A stretch of 61,461 bases of DNA, filler included. It is 13 parts of 13 records of this genome, joined end to end, with 100 filler letters (N's around TTAATTAATTAA, not from the genome) between each part and the next. Parts side by side here need not be neighbours in the genome. Positions count along the whole stretch, not along the records: positions 53,665 to 61,461 come from SRR7504441_11952; 12 more parts are not named here. One strand, given 5' to 3'. Both the position numbers and the translations under genes were made by a program. Position 1 is the first letter of the stretch. Each line of letters begins with the position of its first letter. Shown in pieces: positions 56,053 to 61,461 of the stretch. The notes beneath the pieces were generated by a model. The model made no database searches, had not been told where the DNA came from, and worked only from the letters and a program-made list of their open reading frames with translations.

Positions 56053-57045
56053 ATGATGAAGCTCGCTCTTCTAGCTCTCGTCGGTTTAGCTTGCGCTCAC
56101 GCGCTGCCCGGGACGATCCAGCAAGACGAGTGGTCCGAGGTCCAGGTCAAGAGCCCGCACAAGGAGATCGCGATGATGGCGCTGTGGAGCTCGGCCCGTG
56201 CCAACCAGGAAATCAGCGTGACGGTCGAGGTCAAGGGGGCCGATCACGGCGACAACGGCCCCCGCCTCGGGAAGTTCTGCGTGGAGGCGTCGGTGCCGGA
56301 CTGGGTGGCGACCGAGGTGATCAATAGCGGGCTGCACGCTGTGTTCGAAGACGACTCGGACATCAGCGCGATGCAAGAGCTGCTCGACAAGCTCAAGGCC
56401 GGGTCCATGACCGTGGTGAATGCCTCGGCCGTGACCGTCACGGGCGCGGCGTGCGACCAGGCAGTCGTGCCGCATCAGCTCTTCTCCAACACCACCGACC
56501 TGCCGGTGTTGGGCCAGGTAACTATCTCGGGCTACACCTCCCTCTCGCCGCAGTCACCAAACAATTGGCTGCTCCTGCCCAACCACGAGTACCACCGACT
56601 AGTGGAGACCGTCTGGTGGAAGTCGGCGGTCAAGAAAGCGTCTGACGCGATCAAGAAAGCGGCCGATGCGGCCAGCCAGAGCAAAGTGGTGTCAATGGAC
56701 ACTGATGTGAAGATTGCTCAAGGAACGGTCGCTCATGGCTCGATTTGCATTCAAGCGACTCTTCCGGGATGGGTTCCCACCAACCAGCTGTCAAAGAGTA
56801 TGGATATCATCCTGGAGAGCAAAGTGGTCAAGGAGCTGCAGGCCAAGGCGCAGAGTATGGTCAGCGTGGAGCCGGATGCCGACACTGAGACGGTCGCCGA
56901 GAATGAATGCGACACAGAGGAGAATCCGAACCTGCTGGTCACAGTTGGTACAAAGATTCCGTTCGTTGCGCCAAATGGCATCAGTTTCAGTGTGTATGGC
57001 GGCGGGAGTTTGAACGGCACTTCTATTGCAAGCCTCTTCGGCTAA
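56053..57045 (+). CDS. Secreted protein with two tandem homologous domains
   Basis: Signal peptide MMKLALLALVGLACAHA. Intronless 330 aa. Internal repeat GKFCVEASVPDWV / GSICIQATLPGWV. Confidence 0.75.
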   Translation: MMKLALLALVGLACAHALPGTIQQDEWSEVQVKSPHKEIAMMALWSSARANQEISVTVEVKGADHGDNGPRLGKFCVEASVPDWVATEVINSGLHAVFEDDSDISAMQELLDKLKAGSMTVVNASAVTVTGAACDQAVVPHQLFSNTTDLPVLGQVTISGYTSLSPQSPNNWLLLPNHEYHRLVETVWWKSAVKKASDAIKKAADAASQSKVVSMDTDVKIAQGTVAHGSICIQATLPGWVPTNQLSKSMDIILESKVVKELQAKAQSMVSVEPDADTETVAENECDTEENPNLLVTVGTKIPFVAPNGISFSVYGGGSLNGTSIASLFG

Positions 57046-57253
57046 TCGATCAAGACCATTGGGAAATACCCCGGCCTGAACATCCACCTCGCGAGATCTC
57101 TAGCCTCGCACTGCAGTTGCTAGCTGACCAAGACAAGCTTGATAATGCATACGTAGCCACATTGATTTAGTCATGATCATTTATTACGTAAATCATTGGC
57201 TAATGGCTATACGTAGGTCAAAGCTGTATCATGCGAGTACGGTACTCTTGCAC

Positions 57254-60200
57254 TCATTGCAACCCAAAACCTTCAGCATTCTCTACTGCGGTGGTGAGCA
57301 ATGTTCGAAGTTTGTGCTTTGAGTCGTACGCTGGTAGCAACAAAAGGTCGAAGCACGTGTGGCTAGTGGGAAGCCGGTCCGAGTCCGGGCCTGCTCGCTG
57401 AATCTTCATGGTCAGTTCGGCCAGCCCTCCAATTGGCGCGCGGTCTGAACCGGAAAAGAACCTGCCCCCAGCCGATCTGTCAAGTGCGAATGACACATAT
57501 ATGCCAATACACACCTGAGGAATTTCCGCTTTTGCTCCAAACTAAACTCTGTGAGCACCTCCCACAGCCACGTGACCACCGTCGAATCAGCCGAGTAGCC
57601 TTCAAATGCGACTCGCTGCTGGAGCTTCTGAAGATCCAAGTCGGGCTGGCAAACATGGCTCAGCTGTGGCTAAGGGAGCTGCAGACACCTGTCCACAGAC
57701 GAGTGCCTCGAGCTCCTCTGGCGAGAAGAGCGAGAGTGCTGGCCCGTGCGCGAGAAGCATGAAGCCGTGTGCAAAAGCATCAAACTGATCCCGAATAGAC
57801 ACATTAAGCACATAGTCCACGTGCCTCTGTACATAATCATGCCTATTCTCCTCGGTAACTTGGATGTCTCTACCTCCCGGGAGCAGTTCGGCCGTGTTGA
57901 CCTCGCCAAACGCCTGCGAATCGATTGTAAAGGTTGCACAGAACACGTCAGCAACGCTGCCCGGCCCTTCCCACGTGAGGAGCTCCTCAAAGCTTTTGCC
58001 CAGCTGTGGCTGCATCATGGCCAAGTCGCTTAACCCCACAATCTGGCCTAGCAGCTTTTTGTACAGCACGATGGGGAAATGCACATCCAAGATCACACTG
58101 TTATAGATGGCAATGCCAAATATGAGCCCGAGCAGTGTAAACTCGGCTGCCGACTCGAATGAGCTTGGATTGAACCAATAGGTGCGCGACTCGTCTTGAT
58201 AGCTCAACATGGCATAGTCGGGCTGCGCTAGCTCGTGCACAAGCAACTGAAAGAACTCTTTTTTAAGGCCGCCAGCATCGATCCCCTCCTCGCCGATGAA
58301 GTGGACCTTCAGTGGCTTGTATAGGTCTCGTTGCTGCTGCCGTATAATCTCATCTAGAGCATCCTCAAGCAGATGTGATCGCCGTACCCGGATAATGCAC
58401 ATGTCAGGGTGGCTAGCGGGTACCCCCGAGTCCTCAGGCGAAGGATATGCAGGTCCACTGGTCTCGGTGCTGACGTTAGCCTTGCGTCGCGGGCTTGATG
58501 CACCAACGAGATCGCGGATAGGGTTATCCGAGACTTGGATGGGCATGCCAGTTTGACTGAGCAGGTGCTCCATACGCGATTGCTGGATCCTCTGGCTCAT
58601 TCGCAACTGCACCGTACCGAGTGAGCATTTAAGCAAGAGTCAGGGAACAATTTGCGCATTAGACTGACCTCAGCCTCGGCATGCAGTAAGTTGCTTTTGG
58701 CTGCATTGCTGAGCAAGAAAGGGAAGGAGCAGAAGCACAGTGACTGTCCACCTTGCTGGAGACTTTCTTGCCAATGAAGGTACTCCTGTATTGCATGAAG
58801 TCTGTCCTCAAAAGCTCGGCTCGAAATTAAATCATTGTAGAACTCGGTGGCTGGTAGCGTACGATTCACCGTGTTAGCCGAATAGATGAGAGAGAGCGCT
58901 GGGAGAACCATTGATCGCCCAAGGAAAGCTTTGCCATAGCGCTCCATCTCGGCAGTTATAAAGCTCTGGAATGGTCGGACCTGCCCTCTCGTGAGCAGTC
59001 AGCAGCTAGCAAGTGCTTACCACTCGGCTGCCTAGGATTTCCTTTGGCAAGTTGGCTAATAGCTGTACCATAATGCCTCGGCCTGCTTCGGGCAATCGAG
59101 CTAAAATCCGAGCGACAGGCGGAATCAGCATCGTTGCAAATGATGGCTGGGATAGCAAGGGTGCTTGCAGGATTGTGAGGAGTGGCACCAGCCTCAGTTG
59201 GTCGTTCAGTTGGGCTATGTGGCTTTCAACCTCAGCTGTCAAGGTTTGAAGAGACTCAAACAGCGCGGTGACTGCGTCAGCATCCTGCATGCCTGCCTGC
59301 AGGATGCTCTTGAAAACTTTCTCCGCAAAAAGCGCCTGAGTGGCCGCTTCCTCTGCATTGCTGCTCTGGAAGACTCCTGCCACAAGAGTGCCCGAACTGA
59401 AGACTTGCTTGGTCAGGTTGATAGTCGAGGCCACAGAACTGCTCTTGGCTGACACAATCATCTCTTCCAGGCTAGCACGAATGGCCTCGGCTGGAGCCCA
59501 CGCTTGCTGACCAAACCCTGCCAGGAATGTGCTGTGCCCAGCTGCAACTACAGACCGGGGCTTGCAATTTCCGGTGTTTAGTGGCCTCGGTACGAGCACT
59601 TTGCCGTCAATAGGCTCTAACTGGTCGCTATCCTCTGGATCGCCCAGCTGCCCGTGAACCATTGCTCCACATCCCACCACCAATCCGTCAGCGTAACACC
59701 ACAACGAGTGCTCCGACCCACAGGACAAACTCACTAAATCGCAAGCATTCGCTATTCCAGCCACTACTCGCGGCAGTGGCTCATTGTCCAGCCCGCCGTG
59801 CCCCAGTTGGCCTGAAGACCCGGCACCCCAACTGAGCACCGCATCTCCTGTGCATGCCACAGAGTGCGACGCCCCAGCAGCCAAGAGCCTGACTGAAGCC
59901 AGCCCCGGCACCTTCCTGAAGCTCCGCACGTTGGCCACCTGGACCGCAGTCGGGCTGAGCATGTCCGGCTTCTGAATGGCCGCCACGATGTTCCGTGGAC
60001 GCAGTGCGAGCCTCTCGCCTGAGATCACACGGACTTCATACCGCTGCTTCCCGCCCAAATAGGCCATCACTTTGGCCTCAGAGCCGTTCAACTCACCCCT
60101 GCCCACCAGTCCCTGGATTGTGACCACACTCCCGGGTGGGAGCACGCCCTCCTGCTCTGCGGGGTCTGGGTCAGCTTGCATGGCCTCCTCTTGGGGCGTG

Positions 60201-61111
60201 AGCAAGTACTCAAGCGCAGCTTCGACGCTCTGATTCCGCGTCTCTATCAAAGCATGCTCGGCTTGCTCTTTCGCGAATCCCATGGAGACCAGGTTGGCTA
60301 CCAGCCGGGCGCTCGCAGTGAAGCTGGAGGCCCTGCGCTTGATGGGCGAGTCGATGGTTCCCCTCACTGTGCCCTGATGGCGGAGCCCCAGCTGGCCCTC
60401 CTTTGCACGGCCGCACACATACACCCCGCCCGTCGCGGCGAGCACCAAGCTGTGTGACGAGCCTGCGACCACCTGGTTGACTGGCACCCCCCACAGCCCC
60501 ATGGGCGTCTCTGGGGATGCAAGCAGCTCCGGCCTGGCATCGCCCAGCCCAAGCTGCCCGTATGAATTCCCTCCCCACACAAACACGGTGCCAGAGCTGC
60601 TGAGCAACAGCGTATGCTGCGACCCGCACGCCAGCTGGACCGCGACGGTTAGCCCTGGGATCCGCACCAGCCGCGGCTGGCTGAGGAAATGCTCCTTCTC
60701 GGCGTCCACCGCGCACTGCCCGGCGTGGTTCCCGCCCCAGGCCACCACCCCGCGGTCGGTGATGACAACAGTGTGCTCCCAGCCACACGCCACCTCAGTC
60801 GCGCCGGAGCCATCCAGAGAACTCACTCTAACAGGGGCTCGCTGCGGTTCGGCTGTACCAAACTCTCCCCAAAGGAAACAATCGCCACCGTCGCTTACCC
60901 CGGCCGCGTGGCAGCCACCGCAGGCTATCAACTTCCACCGGGAGACCGCGCTGAGCTTGGCCGGGCTCAGAATTCTCTCCGCGGAGACCCCCACCCCGGC
61001 CTGGCCGCTGCTGTTGTCGCCGAGCGCCAGGACCTCGACCTCTTGCGTGAGCCCGCCCTCCGCTGGACGGTGATCCCAGCTCGCATCCCGCTGGAGGGCA
61101 GTGCCGTCCAT
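57254..61111 (-). CDS. HERC-like E3 ubiquitin ligase (RCC1 repeats, UBA, HECT, spliced)
   Basis: RCC1 repeats (ACGWEHT, WGGNSYGQLGLGD, WGAGSSGQLGHG) and UBA LVSMGFAKEQAEHALIETRNQSVEAALEYL. HECT motifs LKVHFIGEEGIDAGGLKKEFF and LPTSHTCF...EGFGLQ*. Introns include 58981-59020 and 57646-57688. Confidence 0.92.
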
Positions 61112-61461
61112 CCCGGCTCGGGACCGCTTGCACCCTCGAATGGCGCGTACCAGGCCCCTGAGAGATGCGCGCCGCCCAATGTTCTGGAATCCTTGAAGAG
61201 CTCGAGGTTGCCAAATGAGACACGCAGGGCGTGCAACCCAGCGCGCGGGGCTTGGGCGGCGGCCAGAAGCTCGGGGGCGGTCAGTGCACCTCGGGCGGGG
61301 GGCTGGCGCGCCTGGCGTACCCGGAACGCCGATCGGTGCGCCAAACGCGTACGCTCTCTCTCAAGCCCCTTCGTGGCACCGGCAAGGCATGCGGCAAGGC
61401 CCACCGGCCGGGCCGCGGGGTTGAATCAATACACTTGTAACCAAACCACCTCACAAACCAC

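Noticed and set aside
1-61461. Operon-like or clustered system, e.g. DNMT5 with JmjC and the H3 mimic, or the three ion channels
   Set aside because: These genes are on different contigs joined artificially, so adjacency carries no information.

Overview
This window is eukaryotic and is not one continuous locus. It is 13 short contigs joined by artificial 100-nt linkers (N44-TTAATTAATTAA-N44), so gene neighbourhoods across linkers mean nothing. The DNA looks like a compact, GC-rich protist genome; I cannot identify the taxon. Genes carry many short spliceosomal introns (mostly 37-47 nt) and several head-to-head pairs sit very close together. Recognisable products are a DNMT5-type CG methyltransferase with SNF2 ATPase and RING, two polycystin-2-like channels, a BK/Slo K+ channel, a HERC-like RCC1-HECT E3 ligase, an OTU deubiquitinase, a Deg/HtrA protease, Kelch, bZIP, KH-WD40, GT2, JmjC and methyltransferase proteins, a GHMP kinase, a divergent signal-peptide kinase, a nucleoside hydrolase-DUF4291 fusion and a bacterial-type TRAP DctP solute-binding protein. 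The most interesting signals are four. (1) An unusual splice code: degenerate GC-AG donors, a strong exonic G|GT bias (9 of 9 DNMT5 introns are phase 0 before a Val codon) and an apparent ~40-nt length rule. (2) A histone H3 tail mimic at the N-terminus of a truncated gene. (3) A TRAP DctP gene in a eukaryotic contig. (4) Several unusual domain fusions. All splice models and family calls were made by eye and need RNA-seq and HMM confirmation.
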